DNA of 64,000 nt from the human T2T-CHM13v2.0 reference genome, Homo sapiens: NCBI RefSeq assembly GCF_009914755.1, contig NC_060926.1; one strand, 5' to 3'. Positions within the stretch are counted from its first letter, which is position 1. Every line of letters begins with the position of its first letter. This document shows positions 48,188 through 61,490 of the stretch, one piece after another. Made by a program: the position numbers and the translations under genes. The notes beneath the pieces were generated by a model. That model searched no databases. It was not told the DNA's origin and saw nothing but the letters and a program-made list of their open reading frames with translations.

Positions 48188-49151
48188 TAGACAAAATAGT
48201 ATTTCAATTTCTGAGACAATTACTCTGTGAGGCGTATTTTAAAGTGTAGACCCGGTTGAATTTCTCTAAAGGTGTTTCTTTGCCTTAGTGAACTTTTGCC
48301 TCTTTTCAGCTTGCTTGTTTCATCTTTAAAAAAAATTAAAAAAATTAAATGGAAATTTAAAAAGGTTACATACCCTATTCGGAGACATGGGTGGATGGAA
48401 AGTGTGGACACTTTCATTGGCCCTGGCTGTCTCACAGACCCAGTTTTACCTTCACCAAAGTTAAGGGACCCTTTTTATCTTTGACTGCTTCTGAGAAAAC
48501 TTTATCCCTTGCCTGATGAATTGAACTAATGTGGGTACCCACTATGTATGCACGCACATATAAGAATTTGTAGATCTTATGAATTTCTGAAATTACAGAA
48601 AAATGAACTGGTCTGATTTTTCCTCTTCTTTATGAGTGCTGGGGGCTGGACAGGAGGTAAGCTGGTGGTGGTCACCTGGGCTTAGTGGGAAGGATGTCAC
48701 TGCTTTAGAAGTTATGTCAATCAAATAAGTTGATTGGATTTCTGCTTTATGATAAGCGTTATCATAAATGTCTTATAGGTGGTCTGTGGGAGGACTCTGG
48801 AGACCTGGAGCAGTCCCTGGCTCCCAGTCTTTGGGGGTGTGTCTTGGATCTTTTAAAAGTGACTTCATGCAATATAAATACAGTTCATGTGATTTGTATT
48901 GGTTGGGTAATTTTGGAGGAAGTAAACCCTAAGCCACCAATTTCCAGCTTTATTCAGATTTAGAGCCTTTTGTCTTGATTTTTTTTTTTTTTCATTTCAA
49001 AGTTTTCTTTAACAAAAGTTAAACACTGGATGTTTTTTCCTAACTTGTTTCCGGCTTTGGCATCTCTAAGCTCATTTCCCTTTATGTTTCCTGTTCTAGG
49101 AAATAATTATTTCAAACTTTGTCTTTTGCATAGGTTGAGGTACCTTCTTTA

Positions 49152-49523
49152 TGTTACTGGTGGACGGTGTCCAGGTTCTTGGCACTTTGAACAAAGATTT
49201 GGACAAAATGCACAAACAAAGCAAGGAAAGAATGAAACAACAAAAGCAGAGACTTACTGAAAATGAAAGCACACTCCACAGGGTGGGAGCGGGCTCTAGC
49301 AAGCAGCTCAAAGGCCTGGTTACAGAATTTTCTGGGGTTTAAATACCCTCTAGAGGTTTTCCATTGGCTACTTGGTGTACACCCTATGTAAATGAAGTAG
49401 TGGCCTGCAGTCAGTCTTATTGGTCCCTTTCCGTAACTAATCAGAGTTTGAAGTGAAGTTACAAAGTTATACCCTATGCAGACATCTAATTGGTTGTGGA
49501 AGGCAACCAATTCTCCTGCCTCA
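49152..49523 (-). mobile_element. MER51-family ERV1 solo LTR, apparently internally deleted
   Basis: TGTTACTGGTGGACGGTGTCCAGGTTCTTGG...TTCTCCTGCCTCA termini; several ATTGG/CCAAT boxes. Confidence 0.82.
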
Positions 49524-50932
49524 CTTCCCACTGGAGGGATTTGTTGACTATGAAAAGGGGATAGCTAAGTGAAACAATGGGCAAGTGACTCAATCTGGTG
49601 AGAAAAAGCCACAGTGGCATGTTTGGTATCCTCCTTTAGGAAGAGCAAACCGAGAGCCACACATACTTGCAAATATGTTATCTCACTGGGAGTTGGGTGG
49701 AGAGGCCCTATGATTTAACCTGGCTTTTATTAGAATTTTTTTTTATTAGCTCACAATTGTGAAGAGTTTGTCTCTTCTCCCCTAAATGTGTGGTCTTTTG
49801 AAAGCTCTTCAGTTAGGAATTTCAGAGGGAGCTTTTGAACACAAAGACTCTTCCTTCTGTATGACAGCTTGCTTTGGCGTGTCTTTGGCTTTTGTTTGCA
49901 CTGTGATCTATTTATCTCCAGAGTGGCCTTGCCTTTTAACTCTGAGACCTCAGAAAGTACACCAGTGCTAATCATTTGGTGTGAACCAATGTCTCACCTT
50001 TAGAGATGGGTCTGCCTCTGTTTTTATCTAGCTCAGGGTCCTCAGCAGGCAGAGTTCATGCACTGCTGGCTCCAGACTGATCTCCTCGCAGAAAGAGATG
50101 CTCCTTCTAACTGACACCCAAGTGGAGTATATGACAGGTTGTCATAGCCTTTAATTAGGCAGAAAATTCACTTTAATAATTGCTATGACAGCTGGGCCTG
50201 CTAATAACTGGGCTAGAATGAGCTGTAATATTCTATTGCTTGTGTTCAGATCTGTTTCTCCCCTCACCCCCCCTTACTTTTCCACAAATGAAATGGCCTT
50301 TTGGATTTGGTGGACTTACTATAAATCAAAACTTGTTGTTGTTCCAATAAAAGATTGGTATTCAGGAGTGTTTTGGAGTAGGTAATTGAAACACAGATTT
50401 TCTTTATTTTTTCTTCATTGTACTTATTTGTATACTTCCTTTTTACACATGGCTTATTAGCTGCAGTTACTTAAGCTGCCTCTCTAAAAATATGATTATC
50501 TTGTATCATAACGTTAGTAATATTTTAATATATAATGAATTGGGGGCACTAAAGTGACTTAAAAATTTGCATTTCTGCATCCAATTAAGGGGTATACCAT
50601 GCCCCTTTTGGTAAAATTTTGATCTGTTTCCTCTTTAATTAACCCCAGTGGGCTTGGGAAGTAACTGAGCATCGTGATATTTAATATATATTGCTTTTCT
50701 TTTGATACTATTAACTGCTTTTAACAAAGAATACATTGTTGGATTAGAGAAGACAAAGCTCTCAAGGAGCAAATGAGTCCTGCATGCTGTTCTAAAACAC
50801 CACATTGCTGTCGTCAGCGTTGATTAAGGTTTTGCTTAGGTATTGTATGCTTTTGATTATAGTCCTGACATTTTAGTTTTGTATGCTTTTTCTTAATATT
50901 AACCCCACAGTCTACTTTTTTTTCTGTTGCAG

Positions 50933-51540
50933 ACCTTAAGACAATGTAGTAATACGTCTTTTACCCATCCCCCAAATAACAGTGTACACAGTGTGTTTTT
51001 TCCCCTTAGTGGAGTGAGCAGTATGTTAGTGAGGTTAGGTGAGCATCTAGATTTGTTCCACAGAAAAGGGTGTTTCCAGCCAGTATCAGTGATGTTGGTA
51101 CTTCTCCAACAGTCTAAATCTAAGGGTTTTAGGAGCCTGTTTGATTAAGTGATAAGAAGATACCCTCGTCTGGTGTTTCTTTCAGTGCTGCCTCTTCATC
51201 TTTTAGCAGAAGGCACAAATGCCTTTTATTTGCTCCGTGGTGAAAAGCTTCCAGTTCTCAATAGGCACAGGATGTCAGTGGCCACAGTTGGTGTAAGCCT
51301 GTTCAGAGTCTTCTAATTTGAAACTGTAGTGGTGTTTAGTTTATAAAGCTAAAAGAAGAATCTGTGAGGGTCTGGAATTGTATTTGTGTGTGAATTTTGT
51401 GACTTTTAGATGAGAAAGAAAACCTTTGCTTTTGCCAAAATCTTGTGCAAGATGTTTGTTATATGTTTGTTTGTTTGTTATATCACTTCCTGGAAATAAC
51501 TGCAGTTCACTATTAAAGTTTCGTTAAGTGACTTGGCTTT
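50933..51540 (+). other. Candidate alternative terminal exon (3' splice site to poly(A) signal)
   Basis: TCTACTTTTTTTTCTGTTGCAG acceptor, repeat-free U/GU-rich body, ATTAAA at 51512-51517 with downstream U-rich tract, AATAAA at 51607-51612. Confidence 0.4.
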
Positions 51541-51907
51541 TTTAAAATGTGAAAATTAACTGATTCATTATTGTGGTCTCATTTGTTCTTGTGTCATTAT
51601 TATTTAAATAAAAAGGTAGAATGAGTTTCAGCTCGTTTTCATGAATATTTACCATTAGCCGGTTCTAGATCTGTAATAGTGAATATTCAGCAAGGTAAGG
51701 TCCCTGGCCTCCTGGTGCTTACAGACATGAAAGTTTGTTCTTAAGTGGAGGGATGGAAGTGGTCATAACAGATAGAATTTTGAGAAGAAATAAGGTAAGG
51801 ATAAGTTAACGGGAGTGGGGGAGAATGGGAAAATTACTCAAGATTTTTGCAGTATGTACCTCTACAGTTTATTTGAAGTGAATTCAATTCTCATGTTTGG
51901 ATGCTAA

Positions 51908-52249
<342 letters not shown>

Positions 52250-52608
52250 CAGAAATGTCTTGAGTCATGGTTTTGAGCCATTTGTTGGGGATTATGTATT
52301 TAAAGGAAAGTCTGGAGGGAAATCGGAGACAACCACCAACCCTAACAGCTGAGATATATCAGTGAGGTAAAACATTCTGGCTTTTACTAATTAATCAGCA
52401 AAATTATATTTCATAAACATTTACTAGGAGGATGAGCTCACTTCATTCATATCTCTTCAGTTACTCTGAGTTTATCATATCCCTTGTTCTTTTTCAACAA
52501 ATAAGTTTTGTAGATATCATTAACATGTAGTTTTCACCTTCAAAGATGAACATTTAAAAACAGTCTTAGGTCTGAATTTCAAAAAAGTTACACTTTTGTT
52601 CATTCTGA

Positions 52609-52945
<337 letters not shown>

Positions 52946-53213
52946 TGTTCATTCTAATTTTTATAGAATAAAAATATTACAGTATGAAGCTCAGTAATGC
53001 AAATAATATGACTGGCAATGGCTTGTCTTCCACATAGCCTCATTTCTTAAATAGAGAGTAGGTCTTCATGTCCCCAGTATTCTTGCCTACTGCCCATGGA
53101 TTGAACTGAGAAGCCTTACCTGGGATTCTTGGAATTGCTGTTGGCTGTCTTGTGTGGCAGCCAGCCACAAGACCCATAATTGTCCCAGTGGACATTTAAA
53201 CTGGAGTAGACAA

Positions 53214-53232
53214 CTGTCACCAGATGGCGCTA
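53214..53232 (+). promoter_or_regulatory. Candidate CTCF site
   Basis: CTGTCACCAGATGGCGCTA fits core CCASYAGRKGGCRS with one mismatch and keeps its CpG. Confidence 0.55.
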
Positions 53233-55789
53233 AATTGTGACCAGAATCTAGATGAATGTGGTTCACACAAATAGCCCCACAGTTACATGCTTCTCGAGTG
53301 TCCTGTCTACCAGCTGTGTAGGCTCTACCTGATTGATTCATTCAGTAACCATCCAAGTTGAATATTTTGGATCCCACTTAACAGCCTCATGGCAGGAATT
53401 TACACAACTAAAACAGTATCTGCTTTTAAAAAGTAATAAAATAGTTGGATATATCACCATGTTCACATAAATAGCACACCTTGATTTTATCATACTGAGC
53501 TCTCCATGTTGTTTTCCTGCTCTCAGCCTGTCCTAAGGTTGGGGGATGGTGGAGGGGAGCTATTTATAAAACCCAGAAAGCCTGGATCTTTGGTAGGGAG
53601 GAAATGCTGATGCTGAATTGGGTGAGCATAATGGGAAAAGGAAGGAACAAGAGCAAACCTTCTTGTACCTTTTGGTGTCCTGATTAACATTCCAGGGAGA
53701 AATTTGCTTAGACCGCCAGGATCTAAAGTGAGATGAGAAGATGGCAGTGGAACGGTGCCATTTTAGTTAGTTGCATTCCCCTTTTCTGTGCTTATGCTTT
53801 TGTCTTTAAGCATACCAGCACCTCCCCTTTTGTTCCACCCAGTTATGTAAGCATATTCTTCTTTCATGTGTTTTCCTCTGAACCAGCTGCTCAGTCTTCA
53901 CTGAGATTTTTCAGGTTCCTTTTGGAGAGAAGGGGGAGGATTTTTTCACTTAACATCTTCCTAACCCTCAACTTCCCTAGTTGAATTTTGTTAAATCCAC
54001 TCTATTCTTAAGTGCATGGAGGCCGCGCAATGTGCAGACATGCAGTTTAGTTGTACAATGACTCCAGCAATTAATGAGGCCAGATTGATCTTTGCTGTTC
54101 CCTCATTTACATGAGGAGTTGAGCTGCCTAGTGCTCCAGGATGGACACATCATTTGAAGAATTGAAAACTATAATGAGAAGACTCCCAATTGACCCTACT
54201 CCCTGTCCTTCTTTAAATGGAAGCAAAATCCCTACATAATTTGCTAGAGTACCAAGAGTGAAACACAATAGCTTGATGACTGGTGATTGATGATTTGGAA
54301 ATCTGATTGCTGGCGGTCCTGTGCTGTGGTCTATGGTGGGTCAGCAGGGTTTCTCTGTGGGCCTCTGAAGTCTCCCTCAGCCTGGCAAGGCCAGGCCTCT
54401 AGTAAGCCCTATTGTCCCTGTGCTGTGTGATTGTTCTGCCAGGGTTCAAAAGTCTGTTGGCTCAGTGTGTGTTGAAAGGACATTGCCCAAATAAACATTT
54501 TTGTCCTTGGACTCAACTTGGGCATGGCCCCTGATGGAGAATACTGGAGGCCCAGATTTGTACTCAACGTCTCAGCCACCTGAAAATCATTCAGAAATAA
54601 ATTCCTTGGTTCTTATTTCCTGGAAGGGCCAATTGTCTCCCCAGGTGTCCCCCATTTTAAACCCTACCTATGTCTGAAGTTGCAGTTGACACAGCTGAAA
54701 AAGGATATCCAACAAAATTTCTTTAAACTTGGTTAACTTTAGTGAATGTTGCAAACAATTCTTTGATCTAAGTAACAGCTTAGGCACACACCTGCTGATT
54801 GAAAAGAGGCATATCTATAGAAATATTTGTTTCCATGTGAATTTTGTTCTTTTTAAATTGTGGACTATTATGACTCCCTTTCCAAAGACCTAAATGAAAT
54901 TATTTTATGTATCTTCACCCAAGAAAGGATGAGAAAGAAAAGTTATCGCTGATTTTCTGTTATCCACTTAGTTTTGAATAGTAGTGTGCTTCACTTTCTG
55001 TGCCAGACTGGAAAAGTGTGCATAACACAAAACTAAATGAAGTCTTTTTTGGCATTCACATTGCAAAGTGTTTCATCAGTTTCATGTAATATAAAGAATT
55101 GCTTAGGTGTTATGGTAATTAACATTTCTTTATCTTGCCCCGCGCCTGGGCACTGTGCTAAACCTCACACACATGAGGATGTCAGTCTTCATCTTCACTC
55201 CTTGATATGGGTACAGATGAGGGGACTGGGCTCTGGAAGTTGGTAATGTTATTCACTGCCTCCCTGTCTGAACCCATGCTGCTCACTTGCTTTTAGGTGT
55301 AACCCTTCCTTGATTTATCTGGGTTGACAAAGTCGGTTTCTTTGCATTGGGTTTTCAGAAAGTGGAGTACACCATCTTCACATTGGTGTAGGGTAGTGCC
55401 TTGTAAATGCTGCTGACTGCAAGACCCCCTTCCTTGGGCTTCTCTGTGCCCTAGTTGACCCTCGGCACTTCTCCTTGGACCTAATGGACCCCAGCACTTC
55501 TTCCTTGATTGTAGCACTAGAGGCAGGAATTATACCTGTTCTGGTTTTGATGTTTTCCCAACTCAAGACCCTAAATCAGTAGAGACTCTGAATCAACCTT
55601 TTTGCTTGACAATGTGGTAAGAATAGGAAAAGGGAGGGCAGCAAGGGGGAGGGAACAAAGACAATGCCAACAAAGCAAAATCCCTAAGCGGATGTGTCTG
55701 TCTGTTGAGGGGCCTCTCACTGAGCAGACAGGAAAATAGGCCGAAGGCGCAGAGGCGATCTGGGTTCCCCACCCCGCAATTGCCTTCAA

Positions 55790-56978
55790 TTTTTTTCTTG
55801 TGAGTACACAGTAGAAAAGATTTTATGGATACATAGTAGGTGTATATATTTATGTGTTACATGAGATGATGTTCTGATACAGGCATGCAATGCGTAATAG
55901 TCACATCATGGAAAATAGGGTATCCATCCCCTCATGCATTTATCCTTTGTGTTAGAAACAATCCAGTTATACTGTTTTAGTTATTTAAAATGTACAATTA
56001 AATTATTATTGACTATAGGCACCCTGTTGTGCTGTTAAATACTAGGTCTTATTTATTCTTTCTAACTATCTTTTTTGTACCCACTAACCCCCCTCCCCAA
56101 CCACACTTACCTTCCCAGCCTCTGGTAACCATCCTTCTACTATATCTCCATGAGTTCAATTGGTTTGATTTTTAGCTCCTAGAAGTAAATGAACGTGCAA
56201 TGTCTGTCTTTCCGTGCTTGGCTTCTTTCGCTTAACATAGTGATCTCCAGTTCCATCCGTATTGTTGCAAATGACAGGATCTTATACTCCATTGTGTATA
56301 AGTACATTTTCTTTATCCATTCGTCTATTAATGGACACTTAGGTTGCTTCCAAATCTTAGCTATTGTGAACAGTGCAGCAACAAACGTGGGAGTGCAGAT
56401 ATCTCTTTGATATACTGATTTCTTGTGTGTATATACCTAGCAGTGGGATTACTGGATCATATGGTAGCTCTATTTATAGATTTTTAAGGAACCTCCAAAT
56501 GGTTCTCCATAGTAGTTGTACTAGTTTACGTTACCACCAACAGTGTATGGTTCCCTTTTCTCCTCATCCTCGCCAGCATTTTTGATTGCCTGTCTTTTGG
56601 ATATGAGCCATTTTAACTGGGGTGAGATGATATCTCATTGTAGTTTTGATTTGCATTTCTCTGATGATCAGTGATGTTGAGCACCTTTTCATATACTTGT
56701 GTGCCATTTGTATGTCTTCTTTTGAGAAACGTCTGTTGAAGTCTTTTGCCCATTTTAAAATCAGATTATTAGATTTTTTTCCTATAGCGTTGTTTGAGCT
56801 CTGTACATATTTTGGTTATCAATCCCTTGTCAGATGGTTAGTTTGCAAATATTGTCTCTCATTCTGTGGGTTGTCTCTTCACTTTGTTGATTGTTACATT
56901 AGCAGTGCAAGAAGCTTATTAACTTTATGTTATCCTGTTTTGTCCATTTTTCCTTTGGGTGCCTGTGCTTGTGAGGTA
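55790..56978 (-). mobile_element. L1MA-type (L1MA1-3) 3' fragment, ~1.2 kb
   Basis: GATACAGGCATGCAATGCGTAAT...GTATCCATCCCCTCA 3' UTR plus degraded reverse ORF2 end (GAGATGATATCTCATTGTAGTTTTGATTTGCATTTCTCTGATG). Confidence 0.9.
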
Positions 56979-57011
56979 ACCTGAATTTTGAATCACTGCT
57001 GCCTCTCTTCA

Positions 57012-57170
57012 GTTTTTTATTTGATTAAAAACTATCATAAAGTTAAATTGACTTAGTTTTCTTTTGATATACAAGTCTGTATAGTTTTAACATGTATAGA
57101 TTTATGTAACCACAATCAGAATGCAGAACAGTCTCATCACCCCAAAAGCCCCTCTCATGCAGTTCCTTTT
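57012..57170 (-). mobile_element. Old L1MC/MD 3' fragment
   Basis: ATGTAACCACAATCAG...CAGAACAGTCTCATCACCCCAAAA. Confidence 0.6.
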
Positions 57171-58465
57171 GGTTCTGATTTTAAAGGCATGTCTTAGTGC
57201 TGAAGAGACTTGCGCTCCTAGGTAGGCTCTTGGGTGTGGTGGAATTTGGGCAGCCCCCGAAGGACTTCTCCAGAGGCCTGGAGTTCACTCTCAGGTAGGG
57301 TGGAGGCCTCTCCACCTAGGTCGTCTTGCTTATTTTATCACTTCCCCCCATTTTGTTTATCAATCTCACAAAAACCTAGGGTTTCCTATCCCCTCTTTTT
57401 TTTTTTTTTTAAAGGGGCTGAGTGATGGTTGTAGGCATTCGTGGATTTTGTAGCAGTATTTCAGGACAACCCCGGATCAATCTTAACCTTCACGCTTCCT
57501 GCATGTTGTTGCTGAGTGGCTTTGTGGGGCCATTATTGGTACAGTTTAGGAGGATGAGTTTCTGGGGACAGCTGGCCTATATCCACAAAGAACAACATGG
57601 GGTGTTTGGCCCTAGAGAGAGAAGCCTTATCCATCACAGAGGCTGTTGAGTCAGCTCTTAGGTCATATTTAGCCTCCTCTGCTTGTATTTCCTGTGAAAA
57701 ATTTGTATCTTACCAAGTTTATTTCTGAATGGCCTATTCAAGTGGGGTAACTGCTGTGGTGGACTTGCCAGGAACCCTTCTTAAAGGAGAGATCATCTGA
57801 GAGGTTTGAAGGTTGTACCTCCTATTTGAGATTGTTTGTAAAGGTCTGTGTTTACAAATTACTGAATATGTTTGTCATATAACACCTGTTAGCCTCTTGA
57901 TTATTCTTTGAAAAACCATTTACTGAGGGCCTGCTGTGTGCAGGCCCTGGGCTAGTGCTGGGGGTGAGAACTTAGAATCCAGTAATTAGTGATTTGCCAT
58001 CTGTTTTATTTTTCCTCGGAAAAAAATTCTTCAAATTCTCGAAGCCCAGGAAAAGGTGGGTGACCATAACCTTCTGTGTGCCCCGAGGCAGCCCTGGTTC
58101 ACACCTGGTTTCCTGGAGTACTTACTCTCAGTGCCCCGTTCACGCTCACGTGCCCTGTTGGGATGATAGCTTAATGTGGTCAGGCCAGTGAAGGGGGAAC
58201 AGAGTCAGGGTGCTTGTGTGGTCACTCACTGTGGGTCAGTGTTTTTGTTGGAGTGTTATGTGGTGTCTGCTACTTGGGCTTCTCCCATGCTGTCAGGGCC
58301 AAACCTGTTTGTTTTCACATGTCGGGGAGATAGACATGCAATTAATGAGCTGCCTTATGCTTAACGTGGTGGTGTTTTGGAGGGCTTTCAATTTCTTATT
58401 GGGAATGTGAGTTTTGGTGGTCCATATAGACTGGAGCCTTTCTGACATTATTCCCCATCAAGCCG

Positions 58466-58660
58466 TAGTGGCAGTTACTCTGAATTATTTAGAAGTTGAT
58501 TACAGATTCTCAGGCCCCTCACCTAGGGATTTTGATCCAGTAGATCTGGGTGAGGCCCAGGCATATTTAATTAAAAGTAAAACAAAAAACTCCCAGCAAC
58601 AACAACAAAAAGCCCTCCCAGGGACTGATGGTCAGCTAAGGTGGAAGAGCCATTGCTGTT
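58466..58660. mobile_element. MER5-family MITE
   Basis: CAGATTCTCAGGCCCCTCACC...GATTTTGATCCAGTAGATCTGGGTGAGGCCCAGG. Confidence 0.65.
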
Positions 58661-59355
58661 CTGCACTCAAGAATATCGGGCCCGGGCTTTTCAGGTTCAT
58701 GTGTGAGCATTCTGAGCGATAAGGCCTGTAGGGACGCTGGAGAGCTCCTGCTGGTCTAACGGGGCAGTTCCCACTGGACTCCAGACATTGTTTTCTTGGG
58801 CCTAGTCTAGAGGCTCAGCTTTAACAAATCTGTTTTTCAAGAGAAGCTAGAAATCTGGGTTTAAAAAAAAATATACAGCTTTCTAATTTTTGGAATGTTC
58901 AATTAAAAAGACAAAAAATGCACCCCCACCCCCCCACCCCCCCAAAAAAAAACACTATGGAAAATGTTAGGTACAATTTAGTCAATGAATTACTAGGGAG
59001 GATTTATTGCCAGGGAGAAGAACCCTGCTATTAGCACCTAGAGAGTAGTTTCTGGCTGTAAACTCAGAGCCAATTGCCTTAATCAGATGCCAGGGTAATT
59101 TGAAGTGGAAGAAGTGCAACCGTAAGAGGACACACAGAGGCTATTTTTAATATGGCTGTGTTAATTGGCTTTTGTTAATTTATTCCACAATTGAATTTCG
59201 CAATCTCATAACCCAAATAACCACATACCAAATAATAATAAGCAATGTTACGGACCTAAATTTAGGATTTTGTTTTTAAATTAAAAATATATATTTTTCT
59301 TTTTCTGACTATTGTCCTTATAGAAAGGCGGGAGACTTTGCTTTCAGTGCTTAAT

Positions 59356-59461
59356 TAGAAAGTCATAGCCAGGCTTTGCCAATATAGGCCTTAGACTTTA
59401 ACAATGAGTAGAAAGTCATAGCCAGGCTCTGCCAATATAGGCCTCAGACCTTAACCCTGAG
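59356..59461. repeat. 53-bp tandem duplication
   Basis: TAGAAAGTCATAGCCAGGCT(T/C)TGCCAATATAGGCCT... x2, 5 mismatches. Confidence 0.96.
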
Positions 59462-59899
59462 TGTGAGTTCCGCTTGAAAAGTGACTGAAGAAGGTGTGTG
59501 GTCAGGTGGTGAATGGAGAAATCTTGTAGCATTTTTAAGCGAAAGCCTCTCATGGCCCTTTCTCTATAATCCAAGCATGAGCTTTGTGTGAGGAAGTAGC
59601 TGGCTATTGGGAATGGCTGGACATGCCCACAGAGAGTCCTGCTCTGTGCAGTGCCTGTTTTCATAGCGGCACACAGCAGTGGGTGTGCTTTGGGCACTGT
59701 GTCTGCTATTGACAAGAAGGAGTGGAGAACCTGAAGCTTGAGCAGAGCCACCACATTACCTTCAAACAGTATGGGTAGTGGAGCTAGCGTATCCCACCTT
59801 CGGTGCCGGCTCATGGTTTTCTGTGTAGATTAATTCCGGCTCACAAGGTCCCGCAGGGCGAGTGGCAAGACAAAGTCATTCATCGCCTCCATCTGCTCT

Positions 59900-60185
59900 C
59901 TACCCAAATGACAAGGTATCAGAGAAACCTCCCTGACCACGCAGTGTAAATGCAACCTCCCCATCTCTCGCATTCCGTTTCCTCAGTGCTCTGCCAGGGT
60001 TTTCCCTGTAGCTTATTTCCATCCTTTTTCTTTTAACTATGAGAACGTATTCAGAAGAGCAGAAGGTGTATTGCTTGATTTTGCTTATATACCCCTTCAA
60101 GAACTAGAGCACAGATTTTGCACACTTTTGTTCACTGTTGTATCCCTAGCATCTAGACCAGTGTCTTGTATATCAGAATGTTGGC
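59900..60185 (+). mobile_element. L2 fragment
   Basis: TCAGAGAAACCTCCCTGACCAC...TTTGTTCACTGTTGTATCCCTAGCATCTAGACCAGTG. Confidence 0.65.
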
Positions 60186-60760
60186 CTCAGAATCATGACC
60201 GTTTTATAGTAAGATGGCCACACTTGCAAGAAGTGAAGAGACTTGTTCAGGTTCTTCAGTTTAGTGGCAGAGCAGTTGACTCAGATGATCAGAATTTCTT
60301 TTTACTTTTAATATTACGGATTTATCTTAGGAAGACAGATTTTGGTGTACTTGTTGCTGGAAGAGTTTCAATTCAGTGTTCTATTTCTACCAGTAATTCC
60401 GTAGGGGTAATTTTGGATGCTTGTGGGCTGTAGGTTCAGTGGAATGACTTCCCTGGAGCAGCAAGTCAGACAGATGTCCTCTCATCAAAGGTTGATGAAG
60501 GGGACCTGTGGGTCTGGGGGGACCCACAAGGCAGAGCTCTGAATCCCGGGGAAGAAGCTGTACTGGCATTTCTCCCTCCATTGCAAGTTAAATATGCTGA
60601 AACCACCTTAGGCAGTTCCGTAGGGCTGTGAGTGCTGGGCTGTGAGTGCTCACCTCTGCGTGTCTCTGATTCGTGTGTCCAGCACAGTGTGCGGGGTCCC
60701 CACCTAATCTCCAGGCAGTTGTGAAATCGCTTTTGTATCTTTTTTGTAGTCATTTCCTTT

Positions 60761-60800
60761 ACACTGATAGCCCAGGCTTTACATTGATAGCCCAGGCTTT
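60761..60800. repeat. 20-bp tandem duplication
   Basis: ACA(C/T)TGATAGCCCAGGCTTT x2. Confidence 0.95.
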
Positions 60801-61234
60801 GCCCACACCACACACAGGGTGGACAGCATGCAGAAGGTATCTTGTGGGGGAGGGGGTGGCGCTTTGGGGGGATACCTTGGCAGCTGGCAGGCTTCTCAAG
60901 GTGCCTTGATTGGTCGAGGCTGTGGACCAAGTCAGGGGTTGAGTGAAAAGCAGGGGCAGGGTTAAGAGGAGTCGGAGAGGATCTTCAGAAAACAGCCACC
61001 GAAGATTCTGGCTGCCTGAAGGGCACCCAGGGAAGGGCAGGGAGTCGTATGAAGGGACATACCAATCCCTGACTGCCCGGGTGCTTTTTACTCCTCAGGG
61101 TTTACATCCTGACCTTCACCTACAGGCTGCTGTTGGTGCCTTAGTGGGGTGGAAGCAGGTTCTGGAACACAGACCTTTGATTTTAAATCTCTGTGGCCGG
61201 TAAGGAAAAGTGCTGATCCAAATCAGTGATCTGG

Positions 61235-61490
61235 TACCTGGAGCTTTGAAGCCAGACACACCTGAGTCGGAATTCCACCTCACCCCTCTTTCTAGCTGTG
61301 TGACCTTCGGCTCGTTTTTCTAATTTCATGGAGCCTCTACTTTCTTTCTGTAAAATAGGGATGTTTTTCTTCATTGTAACTTGGTTGCAATGACTTGCTG
61401 TATTATGTATTAAAGTATTTGTACACTTCTGTGTGCCAGGCACAATAAATAAATGGATATTTATTAAATATATTTGTTGAGAGAATGAAC
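61235..61490 (+). mobile_element. MIR (with possible L2 tail)
   Basis: GCTTTGAAGCCAGACACACCTGAG...CTAGCTGTGTGACCTT...TCTGTAAAATAGGGAT. Confidence 0.75.

Noticed and set aside
56189-56984. ORFs of 70-112 aa
   Set aside because: Antisense frames of a degraded L1MA element
59356-60803. Direct repeats as a CRISPR-like array
   Set aside because: Only two adjacent copies each, no spacers, eukaryotic context
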